Below, in pieces: positions 52,006 through 62,187 of a stretch of DNA of 64,000 nt. Both the position numbers and the translations under genes were made by a program. The notes beneath the pieces were generated by a model. It searched no databases. It worked only from the letters and a program-made list of their open reading frames with translations, and was not told where the DNA came from. Origin of the DNA: Candidatus Coatesbacteria bacterium (lineage in GTDB: Bacteria > JAFGND01); the NCBI GenBank assembly GCA_016927185.1, contig JAFGND010000060.1, positions 36,035 to 100,034 on the forward strand. Direction: 5' to 3'. The stretch's first letter is position 1; the number at the start of each line of letters is the position of its first letter.

Positions 52006-53360
52006 ATGAACAAGCAGGATAAAGATTTATTGGATGGAGCAGAAAAAGGGGATTTAAAGAAAGTCAGGGAAGCAATAGAAGAAGGAGCAAACATAGCAGC
52101 AATTAATTCTTATGGTTCGAATGCACTAATTTTAGCAGCTTCGAGAGATCACTATGAAGTAGCAAAGTATTTAGTGGAAAAAGGCTGTTATGTAAATGTA
52201 AAACAAAAACATGGATGGACACCATTAATGTTTGCTTCTGAAAACGGAAATAAAAATATTGCAGAGTTACTATTAAATAATGGTGCTGAAATTGATGCAA
52301 AAGCATTTTTTATCAAGGTGAAGGTTTATTTGAAGAAACACCTTTAATGATAGCTTTACGGAACGGTAAGAAAGAGGTAGCAAACTTACTGATAGAAAAA
52401 GGGGCAAATATTTTTGCAGTAGACAAAATGCGAAACTCAGTTCTACATTATGCTGTGGAGGGAGATCAATCAGAAATTATTTGCGAATTAATCAGAAAAG
52501 GTATAGATGTAAATCTTAAAGGACAAGCAAATTTTACTCCTCTTTTTTTAGCTTGTGACTTAGGGCATATAGAATCAGTGAAAGTATTATTAGAAAATGG
52601 AGCGGATATTGATTTTTATGCTGAAGTAGAAAGGATAGAGTTTGAAATAACAGCTTTAAAACTAGCATGTTTTACTGAGCAAAAAGAAATAGTAGAGCTA
52701 TTATTAAAAAAAGGTGCAAAAGTAAACCAGGCAACAAAGAATGGAGTAACTGCATTAGTAGATGCTTGTAATGCTGATAATAAAGAAATTGCAGAAATGT
52801 TGATTTCATATGGAGCAACTAAAATAGAACCTTATACATCTGAAATAAACAACTTCTTGGATGGAAAAGGATTTAATATTAGTCTTTTTCCTGAAATTTG
52901 GTATTTAAATATGCCTTTTGATGATGAAAAAGCATTTGAAAACAGAATTATGGAAAGAATTTTTTTCAAGATCCTTGGTTTAATTCCTGATGAAGATTAT
53001 ATATATCAATATAGTGTAAAAGATGTATGGGTAGGTTCAGAGAGGAAACCTATAAGGGTTGATTTTTTCATTCTTCACGATGGTGAAGGAGTTTTCCTGT
53101 TTGAGGATAAATCAAGTATTACTAATGATGATGAACTTATGAGTGCAGTTTATCAAGCAAGATCTTATGCATTACAGACTGGAATAGAACGTTTTGGAGT
53201 AGCTGCTAGAGAAGGAATATGGTTATTTGAAAATAACCTAAAGACATTCAATAGGCTTACAGATAAACCGATTAAATTTGAGAGTTTAAAGTCTGAAGAA
53301 AATAGAAAGAAAATAAAGAGATTCATATTTGAAGGTGAGTTTGAAGAGATAAAATATTAA
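52006..53360 (+). pseudogene. Ankyrin-repeat / HsdR-N-like PD-(D/E)xK fusion gene split by a frameshift in a T6 run (52306-52311)
   Basis: ORFs 52006..52347 and 52347..53360 are both ankyrin-repeat coding. The second frame is already open from 52296 and reads QGEGLFEETPLMIALRNG, which continues the repeat pattern. The C-terminus (ERIFFKILGL...VDFFIL...VFLFEDKS...QARSYAL...FGVAAREGIWLFE) is a paralogue of gene 47325..48125. Confidence 0.6.
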
Positions 53361-53395
53361 CAGCATCCTTCTGCCAAGCTGAAATGTTCCTCTGC

Positions 53396-53859
53396 TAATC
53401 TATCCCCATAGACATCATGGACTGACTTATTAAAAACTGTAATTTACATATTTTAATGCTGTTTTTTTGAAGATTTGACAACAGGTTTAAAGATTCAAGT
53501 CAAAAAACCAAATTCGAATTTAGTGTTGCTTTTTGCAGTTAGGGACAGGTAGGAACGTATTAGAACTGCTTTGATATCTCCCAATAAGGATGTTATTGAA
53601 ACTTATGAGATGTGCAGAAGATTCCTGAAAGAATTCTCTGATTGATTACAAATGTTTCTTCTGACAAAAGCAGCAAATTGGCGGGACATTTTTAAGGATC
53701 TGTTTCTAGCTCCCAGTTATGAAACAAAAATGGCTTTCAAGATAGCAAGGGAATTACTGAAAGTTTGTTGAAAAGAGGTTTACTTTATTTGAAATTGAGT
53801 TTTCTGTTATTATAATAATTCCTCTATAACTCAGTCCATCATGTCCAGGGGATAGATTA
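53396..53859. repeat. 464-bp non-coding element bounded by roughly 30-bp imperfect terminal inverted repeats (MITE-like)
   Basis: The left arm is taatctatccccatagacatcatggactga (53396-53425). The reverse complement of 53831-53859 is taatctatcccctggacatgatggactga. About 26 positions are identical, including a perfect 12-mer at the outer ends. The track lists no ORF between the arms, and I found only short ORFs by eye. Confidence 0.5.
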
Positions 53860-54377
53860 AACTCAGCAGATTTTTCTATTGACACGAATGAAGCGAATAT
53901 TTAAACGAAAAAGATTAACTCTCAATATAAAAAATAGGAATAACTATGAAACTTCCATTAAAGCGCTTGTTAGTAAGATTTCCGCTGCACGATAATGAGT
54001 GTAATGGAACATGCTTCATAGATGCTCCTGCCAAGAATTCAAAACAGGGATATTGAATTGAGGAGAAAAACAAAAGCAAGAGATCTGATGAAATTGAAGC
54101 AGGTAAATCTCCTTGCCTGTTAGAGAAAGTATCATTTATGGCAGATTATAAGATAGAAAATAGCATATCACATCCATACTCAAGTAATGAACTATTTTCT
54201 GATGCAGAAGTAAATTGAACAAAAAGAAGGAATGGTATGAAAAGAATGGTTGTTTTCTTTTAGAGAAATGAACCGTAAGGAAGATAAAATACTGATTAAT
54301 TATCATGATAAACATGATGGTATTGATTCAAAGGAGATTGAAATAATAATGAAAAGATTTCTGAAAATAAATTTTTC

Positions 54378-57300
54378 ATGCAATTAGGTAAAAGGAGGTT
54401 TACTTTGGAATATCAATTATCATACAAAGACAAAGAAGATCTAATATTAGAATTAAAATCATATGTAAGAAAGGAACACTGTTCTGACGAAGTACTGCAT
54501 GAAAAAATAACAAAATGGAAAGAGGATATAAATCCTCTATACGGTTTTGAAGCAATACTTATAAAGGAAGTACAAAGACTCTCAAAATATTTATCATCTG
54601 ATGATCTCGATCATAATATGAAAAAAATGGTGAGAGGATCCCTTAGCTACATCCTTGATATTAACAAAAAAAGGAAATTACCTGATGATTTGAAATTACT
54701 TAATGAAACATTTGTCTGCTGTTTTACAGTTAATGAAATATTAAAGGCATTTGGACAATCAATAGATTATGATATTCCTAGGTTAACAAAACATGAAGAA
54801 GGAGATGCAAGACAATTGTTCCAGAAGATGTCCACAACAAGTATCTGTTCTGATGAAGAATTAATAGAGAAAGTAAAATGTGTTTTAAGCAAACTCATAG
54901 ATTATAATTCCCTTGGACTTATGCTCAGGTTGAAAAGCAACATTGAATTTCTGATTGGTATCGTAACAAATCAACAAAAAGACAATGAAACATTAGATTA
55001 TACTAGAGGTGCTTTAAATTATTTCATAAAGGAATTTGATGTTATAAATGATACTCTGGGAATAATAGGATATATAGATGATTTCTATATTACCGAGATT
55101 GCTATTGAAATTACAGGGGAGGACAGAACCGAATTCAATGATGCTCTAAACAATATTCTGAATAAGTATCCTTTCATTAATAATATAATTATGGATGATG
55201 GAACACATGTATGCAAATTATCTGAGTTTATGTTGGTCAATTTTGCAATTTATGATGTTATGTTTAAGAATAATGAGATTTTTAATACGGTTGTTCTGAT
55301 AGAACCTTTTCATGGTTTTACTCATTTCCTGGTTGGATTTATTGCATCATTGTGCCTGATAAATTCTACAAACAGAAGCAAAATATCCATTGATTTCTTC
55401 AAGAAAGGACAGAAAGTAATAGTTGATAATGATAGTTCTGTAGTTGCTGAGTATACAGGAATAACTGAAATCAAGAATCAGTCTTTTTTCGGACTGAAGC
55501 AAGAAAAACAAGTAAAGGGAATAAAAGGAGATCAAATCATTTATCTTCCTGTTTCTCATATGCACAGATTAACCCTAGTAGATTCTTCAAGGATTCCCAA
55601 GGGACGTATAATTCCTGACCTTTCAAAATCAAGCAAACCTGTTTCTCCTTACACATATATTTTTCAGGAACAAATAAATCCCGGATCAATAACCATGGAT
55701 AAATATATTATTATAGTAATGCAAATTTCAGATGCATGGTTTCTATCAAATGAGATCTCCATCTATGGTCATCCATTGAAGGAAGTAATTCCAGTAGGTC
55801 ATCTTAATAACAAAGGAACTTTAACAACCTGGTCAAGGAGTTTTGGTACGACACAACCTATCATCGTTTTTATATCAGATATAGATGTAGCATGTTCGTT
55901 TCTTAACGAAAACATAGAAAAATGTCATTCAATAATAATAGATGCTGCTAACAGAAATAGAAGCAAAATATCAAGTTTGAAGCAGATTGTTCAAAAAAAT
56001 GTTAATACTCTCATTTTTTCTACATCAAGGAATGTTGAAGAACTTGATATTATCAAGGATGACAGAATTGATATATGGGAATGGACAAAAGACAGTCTAT
56101 CTGCACTACTCTGGTCATCCTGCAAATCTCCTGAAATAGAAGAATCTTCAAGTATTTTTTCAAGGAATGAAAACACTATTTATAAAAGCATGAAATGTAT
56201 TCCTGTAATAAAGAATATCAGCTTTCCTTTTTCAGAAGATATTTTTGATGCTGTAAGATCTATTAATTATTTAGCCAAATCTGCTGATAACAAGATTGAA
56301 GCACTCAATGAAGCAGCAAAAAGAACCTTCTCATTAATGAATAGATTACTTAAATGCACCTTTCCTTTAGGCAAATCTCCTGCTTTACTGGAGAGGATTA
56401 ATAACAAAATAAGAGATATTAAAGATATTTCAGAAAAATCAATATACCTATCAGAAGATGCAAGAAACAATATTAAAAAAGCAATGATTATGCTAGAAGA
56501 AATAACAAATATTTTTACAACCAAGAATCCCAAAGCCGAAGTCATGGAAGAGATATTGTCTAAGAATAAGAACCTATCATTTGTTTGTCCAGATAAGGAA
56601 ATAGCTAGCTCAGTCAAGGAAATCTATAAAAAAAGACTATATGTTATCAGCAGTTTCGACGAGAATGAGAATTTCCCTGAAGGAGTAATTATACCAGGTT
56701 GGTTCAGAAAGGAGATAATGAGAAAGATGCTGTTCCCTTCGATTGCCGATCCCTTATTTCTTTTGTTATATGATTCTGAAAACAATTGGTACAAGAATTT
56801 TTCAGATATACTACAGAATGAACAGAGAAAGAGAATTGCAATGTCAAATAAATCTTCACTTTTTTCAGGATTTAAAACCAGGAAATCGCTTCCTGAAAAA
56901 GACAAAACTGATATTATTAATTCCTTTATGGAGATAGATGAAATTCAGAAAATTATTGACAAAATTGATGAAATAGATATATCAGAAGGAGAAACAGGAA
57001 CTAGCGAAAGAATTCCAGCGACGCTTATTTTGTTTGAAGAAGGTTATAAAGGATTCTTTACTGATTCTTTCAGGGCTAATACTGTGACGCATCTACTGGA
57101 TGTCATTCCTGAATATTTTGATGAAAGTGATGAGATCAGGACAAAAAGAATAAGTGATCTTAGACCTGGGGATACCTTACTATTCCATGCTGGATCAGAT
57201 TGGGATGTCATCAAGATAACAGCAGACAAGTTACTGGGAGCAGGAGTAAGGGATATGTCATATTTATGGAGGAAAGCAATTTTCAGTTATCTTGAATCCG

Positions 57301-57713
57301 GAAAACTTACATATAACGATCTATGGGAAAAGCTAAAACAAAAAGGATGCTTGCTACAGGAATCAACAATAAGATTATGGACAGAGGATGATTATTTCAT
57401 GATATCTCCCCAGGATTATGAAAAATATGTTCCAATGATTGCTGAAGTTACAGATAACAAACTGTTAAAAAACAATATAACTGAAGTAATTTCAGCTATT
57501 TATATTGTACGGGGAGCTCATATTAAAGCTTCCCATCAATTAGCAAAAGAAGTGAAAGAACTTGTAGTAAGAAAACTGAAGGAAGGAGACAGGGATGCCT
57601 CTAATTTTAACATAAGATCTGATGTCATTATGACAAGAATATTATTAATTGATGACAAGAAGACAATGATAAAAAAGAACAATGTAAATAGATTATATAA
57701 TACGGATATATAA
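54378..57713 (+). CDS. drmE: Large protein of unknown function in the position of DISARM class 2 DrmE
   Basis: The 1111-aa ORF has no motif I can recognise. The assignment rests only on size and synteny, directly upstream of the C5-MTase, DrmA and DrmB. Confidence 0.45.
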   Translation: MQLGKRRFTLEYQLSYKDKEDLILELKSYVRKEHCSDEVLHEKITKWKEDINPLYGFEAILIKEVQRLSKYLSSDDLDHNMKKMVRGSLSYILDINKKRKLPDDLKLLNETFVCCFTVNEILKAFGQSIDYDIPRLTKHEEGDARQLFQKMSTTSICSDEELIEKVKCVLSKLIDYNSLGLMLRLKSNIEFLIGIVTNQQKDNETLDYTRGALNYFIKEFDVINDTLGIIGYIDDFYITEIAIEITGEDRTEFNDALNNILNKYPFINNIIMDDGTHVCKLSEFMLVNFAIYDVMFKNNEIFNTVVLIEPFHGFTHFLVGFIASLCLINSTNRSKISIDFFKKGQKVIVDNDSSVVAEYTGITEIKNQSFFGLKQEKQVKGIKGDQIIYLPVSHMHRLTLVDSSRIPKGRIIPDLSKSSKPVSPYTYIFQEQINPGSITMDKYIIIVMQISDAWFLSNEISIYGHPLKEVIPVGHLNNKGTLTTWSRSFGTTQPIIVFISDIDVACSFLNENIEKCHSIIIDAANRNRSKISSLKQIVQKNVNTLIFSTSRNVEELDIIKDDRIDIWEWTKDSLSALLWSSCKSPEIEESSSIFSRNENTIYKSMKCIPVIKNISFPFSEDIFDAVRSINYLAKSADNKIEALNEAAKRTFSLMNRLLKCTFPLGKSPALLERINNKIRDIKDISEKSIYLSEDARNNIKKAMIMLEEITNIFTTKNPKAEVMEEILSKNKNLSFVCPDKEIASSVKEIYKKRLYVISSFDENENFPEGVIIPGWFRKEIMRKMLFPSIADPLFLLLYDSENNWYKNFSDILQNEQRKRIAMSNKSSLFSGFKTRKSLPEKDKTDIINSFMEIDEIQKIIDKIDEIDISEGETGTSERIPATLILFEEGYKGFFTDSFRANTVTHLLDVIPEYFDESDEIRTKRISDLRPGDTLLFHAGSDWDVIKITADKLLGAGVRDMSYLWRKAIFSYLESGKLTYNDLWEKLKQKGCLLQESTIRLWTEDDYFMISPQDYEKYVPMIAEVTDNKLLKNNITEVISAIYIVRGAHIKASHQLAKEVKELVVRKLKEGDRDASNFNIRSDVIMTRILLIDDKKTMIKKNNVNRLYNTDI

Positions 57714-57857
57714 CTATATCACGTATCAACTACATGGATTTAATTTCAATGACTTCTATCAATAATGAATAGAAAGAGAAAGAACTACAATTAACGGAAA
57801 GGTTCGATAAGCAATAGTGACAAATCACTAATACAGTATTATGAATGGAATTATGAT

Positions 57858-58820
57858 ATGAAAAAAACAGATATAAAACTGTTTGACCTTTTTTGTGGAG
57901 GAGGAGGTAGTTCCTGGGGGGCATTCATGCTGGGGATAGATCCCATAGCAGCATTAGATAAATGGGATATTGCAGCTTCCACATATAGCTTAAATTTCAG
58001 GAATGCAAAAGTTTTCTGTACTGAAGCAGGGAGTATTTCGCTTAACTACATTGCAAAAGAAATAGGTAGAATTGATCTTCTTATAGCATCTCCTGAATGT
58101 ACAAACCATAGTCTGGCAAGAGGAAATAAACCTCAATGTGAAAGAAGCAAGGAAACAGCATTTGAAGTAATCAGGTTTGCCAGGTTTTTTAAACCAAGAT
58201 GGCTGGTGGTAGAGAATGTAGAACAGATGCGAAAATGGAAACGATTTGAAGAATGGAAAAGAGAATTGGAAAAGATTGGTTACAAGATAAAAATAAATAT
58301 ACTTGATTCTATTTTTTTTAATGTTCCCCAGACAAGACGCAGACTCTTTATTATTGGAGATTCTGAGGAATTCCCGGAATTTCCCAGTCAGCAAAAGAAG
58401 ACTGATATAAAAATAAAAGATATAATAAATTACAGAGAACCAGCAAAAGGCTGGAATTTCACACAATTGGTAACCCCCAATAGATCAGTCAAGACTTTAA
58501 AAAGAGCACAAAAAGCGATTATGGAACTAGGAGATACAAAACCTTTCTTGCTTGTATATTATGGAATGGGAAAAGGATATCTGGATCTAAACCAGCCTTT
58601 CAGGACAATCACAACACATGATAGGTTTGCATATGTGGTTCCAACAGAAAATGGTCATAAAATAAGAATGCTTCAACCTGAAGAACTGGCAAAAGCTATG
58701 GGATTTCCAGATGAACATAGATGGGCAACTATAAACAAGCAGGAAAAAGTGAAAATAATAGGAAATGCTGTCTGTCCTCCTGTAATGAGAAGCGTTCTTG
58801 AGAAATTGATAAATGGATAA
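57858..58820 (+). CDS. drmMII: DNA (cytosine-5) methyltransferase (DrmMII-type position)
   Basis: Motif I is LFDLFCGGGGSSWG and motif IV is the variant LLIASPECTNHS. Motif VI is WLVVENV, motif VIII is PQTRRRLFIIG and motif X is IIGNAVCPPV. Confidence 0.85.
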   Translation: MKKTDIKLFDLFCGGGGSSWGAFMLGIDPIAALDKWDIAASTYSLNFRNAKVFCTEAGSISLNYIAKEIGRIDLLIASPECTNHSLARGNKPQCERSKETAFEVIRFARFFKPRWLVVENVEQMRKWKRFEEWKRELEKIGYKIKINILDSIFFNVPQTRRRLFIIGDSEEFPEFPSQQKKTDIKIKDIINYREPAKGWNFTQLVTPNRSVKTLKRAQKAIMELGDTKPFLLVYYGMGKGYLDLNQPFRTITTHDRFAYVVPTENGHKIRMLQPEELAKAMGFPDEHRWATINKQEKVKIIGNAVCPPVMRSVLEKLING

Positions 58821-58846
58821 TCAATTATTGAAGGTTAGGTGAATGA

Positions 58847-61800
58847 ATGGAAGATTATGAAGAGTTTCGGAATGGATTGATTGAATCTATTCATGCTGAA
58901 ATTATTGGTCCCGAAATCGATCTTGATAAAGACAATAACAGCGCATCAAAATCCCTGAATGAGATTATTGAAGGGGAACCGCTTAAGAAATATATTGCTG
59001 GAATACTTTTTCCCAACAGATCTATATTCAACGAGATAGCCAATAATCAAACTGAAGATGACAATTATGAAGAAGACAGTGACCTCATAACAAATAGTAT
59101 TGGGTATAGTTCAGGCAGTAATGACACCCATGACTCAACTAATGATAGTTACTCAGAAGCATACGATGAATCCATAAGAAGGGCAAATGAGTATAATCCT
59201 TCATCTATAGGAATGTCTTTCCTTTCATCTTTAATTAAAAACGATTTTTTGATTAAACCTTATGCTGCTATTTACAAAAAAATAGATTCAGATGATAATT
59301 ACAGAAATCCCTGGCAAAGAGTTGGATTAAACCTTGAACCAATTCTTTTGAAATCACTTCCTGAGGATAATATTTGTTCATATGAAATTGCTGAAAATCT
59401 TGAAATGAGAATATTCATAACCAGACGCAATGATAATTTGTTACTTTTCTCTATTATCATGCTTAACAAGAATATTTCAACTTCCAGTTATATAAAAAGC
59501 TCTGAATGCTTCTTTCAGGTAGGTTTTGAAGTTTCCGCTTGTGAAGATGATTACATTTTCGCTGAATATGGAAAAAGCAATTTCAATCAGATATCTGATT
59601 TATGCAATTCAAACAAGAGGGAGGATCTGATACAGGATTTTCTGTATAGAAAGAGGAAAACATTTGCAGTAGGTCATGGTTGTGCAGTAGAAAACGGAGC
59701 AGAAAGGGACGGTTTTACTAATAAACTCAAGACTGTGGTTTTCCCCCAATATAAAGTGCATTTTCTTGAACCTAGAAAAGAAGGGGGAGATGAACTCAGT
59801 ATGTATGTGCTTTCTGGTGCAGAAGGAAAAGTATCTCCAGATAGCATAGTGATTCTACTAAAAAAATTAACGGATGATTATGAGAAATGGATTACCTTTC
59901 AGGAAAGTGGATTATCTGGAATGTCTGTTTCAGACAATCTGGTGGCAGGAAAAAACATTATAAATTGTAGGGAATGTCTGGAAAGAATCAAAGACGGGAT
60001 TTCTCTATTGAGCAGGAACGAAAAAGTCATGAGGGTATTTATGCTGGCAAATGAAGCTATGTTAATGCAACAATATCATTCTAGAAGAAAGAACCGTAAA
60101 ATAAACGATAATTGGGAAGATTTTCCTGTTTCATATGGAACAGACAGTAAAACTGGCAGGTGGTATGCTTTCCAGCTTGCTTTTATATTAATGAATCTTC
60201 CTTCACTTTTATCTAATCCAGAAGAAAAAAGCAGTTATAATGATTATGTAGATCTTGTCTGGTTTCCAACAGGAGGAGGAAAAACAGAAGCTTATCTTTG
60301 CTTGATTGCTTGTTTCATTTTCTTCAGGCGAATGAATAATAATGAAAACGCAGGTTGTTCAGTTTTGATGCGCTATACATTGAGATTGCTTACTTCACAA
60401 CAATTCCAGAGAGCCAGTTCATTGATTTGTGCTTGCGAAATCATCAGAAGAAATAATCCAGATTTACTTGGTGCTGAACAAATATCAATTGGTTTATGGG
60501 TTGGTGATTTGACTCCAGGGAAAAGAGGAGAAGCAATTGAAATATTGAATAAAATGAATAAGGAATCAGTTAAAACAAGGAATCCCTTCCTTGTTCTTAA
60601 ATGCCCATGGTGTGGAACATCACTTGATGATAAAGAACACTATGGATATATAATACATAAATTTTCAAGCGGAAAAAAGACAGTTATTTTTGTATGCCAG
60701 GAATCCAGATGCCATTTTTCCAGATACAGCGGAGAAAAAGAAAACTCATTACATTTGCCTGTGTATGTAATTGATGAAGACATTTATGATAATCCTCCAT
60801 CTTTACTGATCGGGACAGTTGATAAGTTTGCAATGATTGCCTGGAACGAAAATTCTGGAAAGATTTTCGGGAAACATGCTGATAAGAATTATGATCCTCC
60901 AGATTTAATAATCCAGGATGAATTACATCTCATATCTGGCCCACTTGGATCAATTGTTGGTTTATATGAATCTGCAATAGAGCTCTTGTGTTCCTGGAAA
61001 GGAAAAGAACCTAAAATAATTACCTCTACTGCTACAATAAGCAGATCTTCACAACAATGCAAGTCACTGTACGGAAGAGAAGTCTTTGTTTTTCCTCCAC
61101 AATGTATAGATATTTCAGATACTTTTTTTGCTTCAGAGAACAAGAAGGATTCTGGAAGAGTTTACATAGGAGTATTCCCCACTAATGCTACAATACTTAC
61201 ATCCTTGGTGAGAATCCTTGGAAGATTGTTTCAATCTTGCAAATCTAATCCTATACATGGATTAGCAAATGAACGAGTTAGAGATCCCTACTGGACAGTT
61301 ATTCAATATTTCAATAGTTTGAGAGAGCTGGGACATGCTTTATCTCTTGTGGAAGCAGATATTCCTGAGTATTTAAAAGTGATAAACAAAAGGAGACAGA
61401 ATCTAGGTAATTCATGGCGTTATATAAATAATTATAGAGAACTAACTAGCAGGTGTTCAGCGGATGAAATTCCTGAAATACTGCAAAAACTGGATGTGTC
61501 TTATCCGGAAGATCCAGAAGCAGGGAAGCATCCCCTTGATACACTCCTTGCAACAAACATGATTTCAGTTGGAATTCATATTGACAGATTGGGATGCATG
61601 GTCATTAATGGTCAACCTAAAACCACTTCAGAATATATTCAAGCCAGTAGTAGAGTAGGTCGTTCTTTTCCTGGGCTTGTGCTGACAATACTTAATCCAG
61701 GAAAACCAAGAGACAGATCACATTATGAAAATTTTATCAAGTATCATTCTGCTTTTTACAGGTATGTTGAGCCAACAAGTGTCACTCCTTTTTCCTTGCC

Positions 61801-62176
61801 AGTATTAGAAAGAGCTCTTCATGCAGTATTTATTATTCTGGTTCGTCACTTTACAGATAAGCATTGTCCTTCTGAAATTGATTTTGATGATGAAAAGATA
61901 TCTGAAATAAGTGATTATCTGATAAAAAGATGCAAGAATATTGATCCCAGACATTCAGTATTTTTTGAGAAAAAACTCAAGAAGCTTATAGGAGACTGGA
62001 AGCAATATAAACCCAAATCATGGGGAGGATTCTCAGCGAATGAAGATAAACCGTTGATGTATCTAGCAGGAGATGATATTTTCAACAACAAAATTGGATT
62101 ATGGCCAACTTTAACTTCAATGAGAAATGTTGACAGAGATTGCGAGGGAATGATAATAAAAAAATACGAATCTTGA
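58847..62176 (+). CDS. drmA: DISARM DrmA-like DExH helicase
   Basis: Walker A is WFPTGGGKTEAYL, motif II is LIIQDELHLISGPLGS, motif III is ITSTATIS and motif VI is YIQASSRVGRS. A DUF1998 gene follows 11 nt downstream. Confidence 0.8.
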   Translation: MEDYEEFRNGLIESIHAEIIGPEIDLDKDNNSASKSLNEIIEGEPLKKYIAGILFPNRSIFNEIANNQTEDDNYEEDSDLITNSIGYSSGSNDTHDSTNDSYSEAYDESIRRANEYNPSSIGMSFLSSLIKNDFLIKPYAAIYKKIDSDDNYRNPWQRVGLNLEPILLKSLPEDNICSYEIAENLEMRIFITRRNDNLLLFSIIMLNKNISTSSYIKSSECFFQVGFEVSACEDDYIFAEYGKSNFNQISDLCNSNKREDLIQDFLYRKRKTFAVGHGCAVENGAERDGFTNKLKTVVFPQYKVHFLEPRKEGGDELSMYVLSGAEGKVSPDSIVILLKKLTDDYEKWITFQESGLSGMSVSDNLVAGKNIINCRECLERIKDGISLLSRNEKVMRVFMLANEAMLMQQYHSRRKNRKINDNWEDFPVSYGTDSKTGRWYAFQLAFILMNLPSLLSNPEEKSSYNDYVDLVWFPTGGGKTEAYLCLIACFIFFRRMNNNENAGCSVLMRYTLRLLTSQQFQRASSLICACEIIRRNNPDLLGAEQISIGLWVGDLTPGKRGEAIEILNKMNKESVKTRNPFLVLKCPWCGTSLDDKEHYGYIIHKFSSGKKTVIFVCQESRCHFSRYSGEKENSLHLPVYVIDEDIYDNPPSLLIGTVDKFAMIAWNENSGKIFGKHADKNYDPPDLIIQDELHLISGPLGSIVGLYESAIELLCSWKGKEPKIITSTATISRSSQQCKSLYGREVFVFPPQCIDISDTFFASENKKDSGRVYIGVFPTNATILTSLVRILGRLFQSCKSNPIHGLANERVRDPYWTVIQYFNSLRELGHALSLVEADIPEYLKVINKRRQNLGNSWRYINNYRELTSRCSADEIPEILQKLDVSYPEDPEAGKHPLDTLLATNMISVGIHIDRLGCMVINGQPKTTSEYIQASSRVGRSFPGLVLTILNPGKPRDRSHYENFIKYHSAFYRYVEPTSVTPFSLPVLERALHAVFIILVRHFTDKHCPSEIDFDDEKISEISDYLIKRCKNIDPRHSVFFEKKLKKLIGDWKQYKPKSWGGFSANEDKPLMYLAGDDIFNNKIGLWPTLTSMRNVDRDCEGMIIKKYES

Positions 62177-62187
62177 AAGGAAATATA

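Noticed and set aside
57990-58466. 158-aa minus-strand ORF
   Set aside because: It lies entirely antisense to the C5-methyltransferase, which has all canonical motifs. Its composition is the low-complexity F/Y/K-rich type typical of shadow ORFs in AT-rich DNA.
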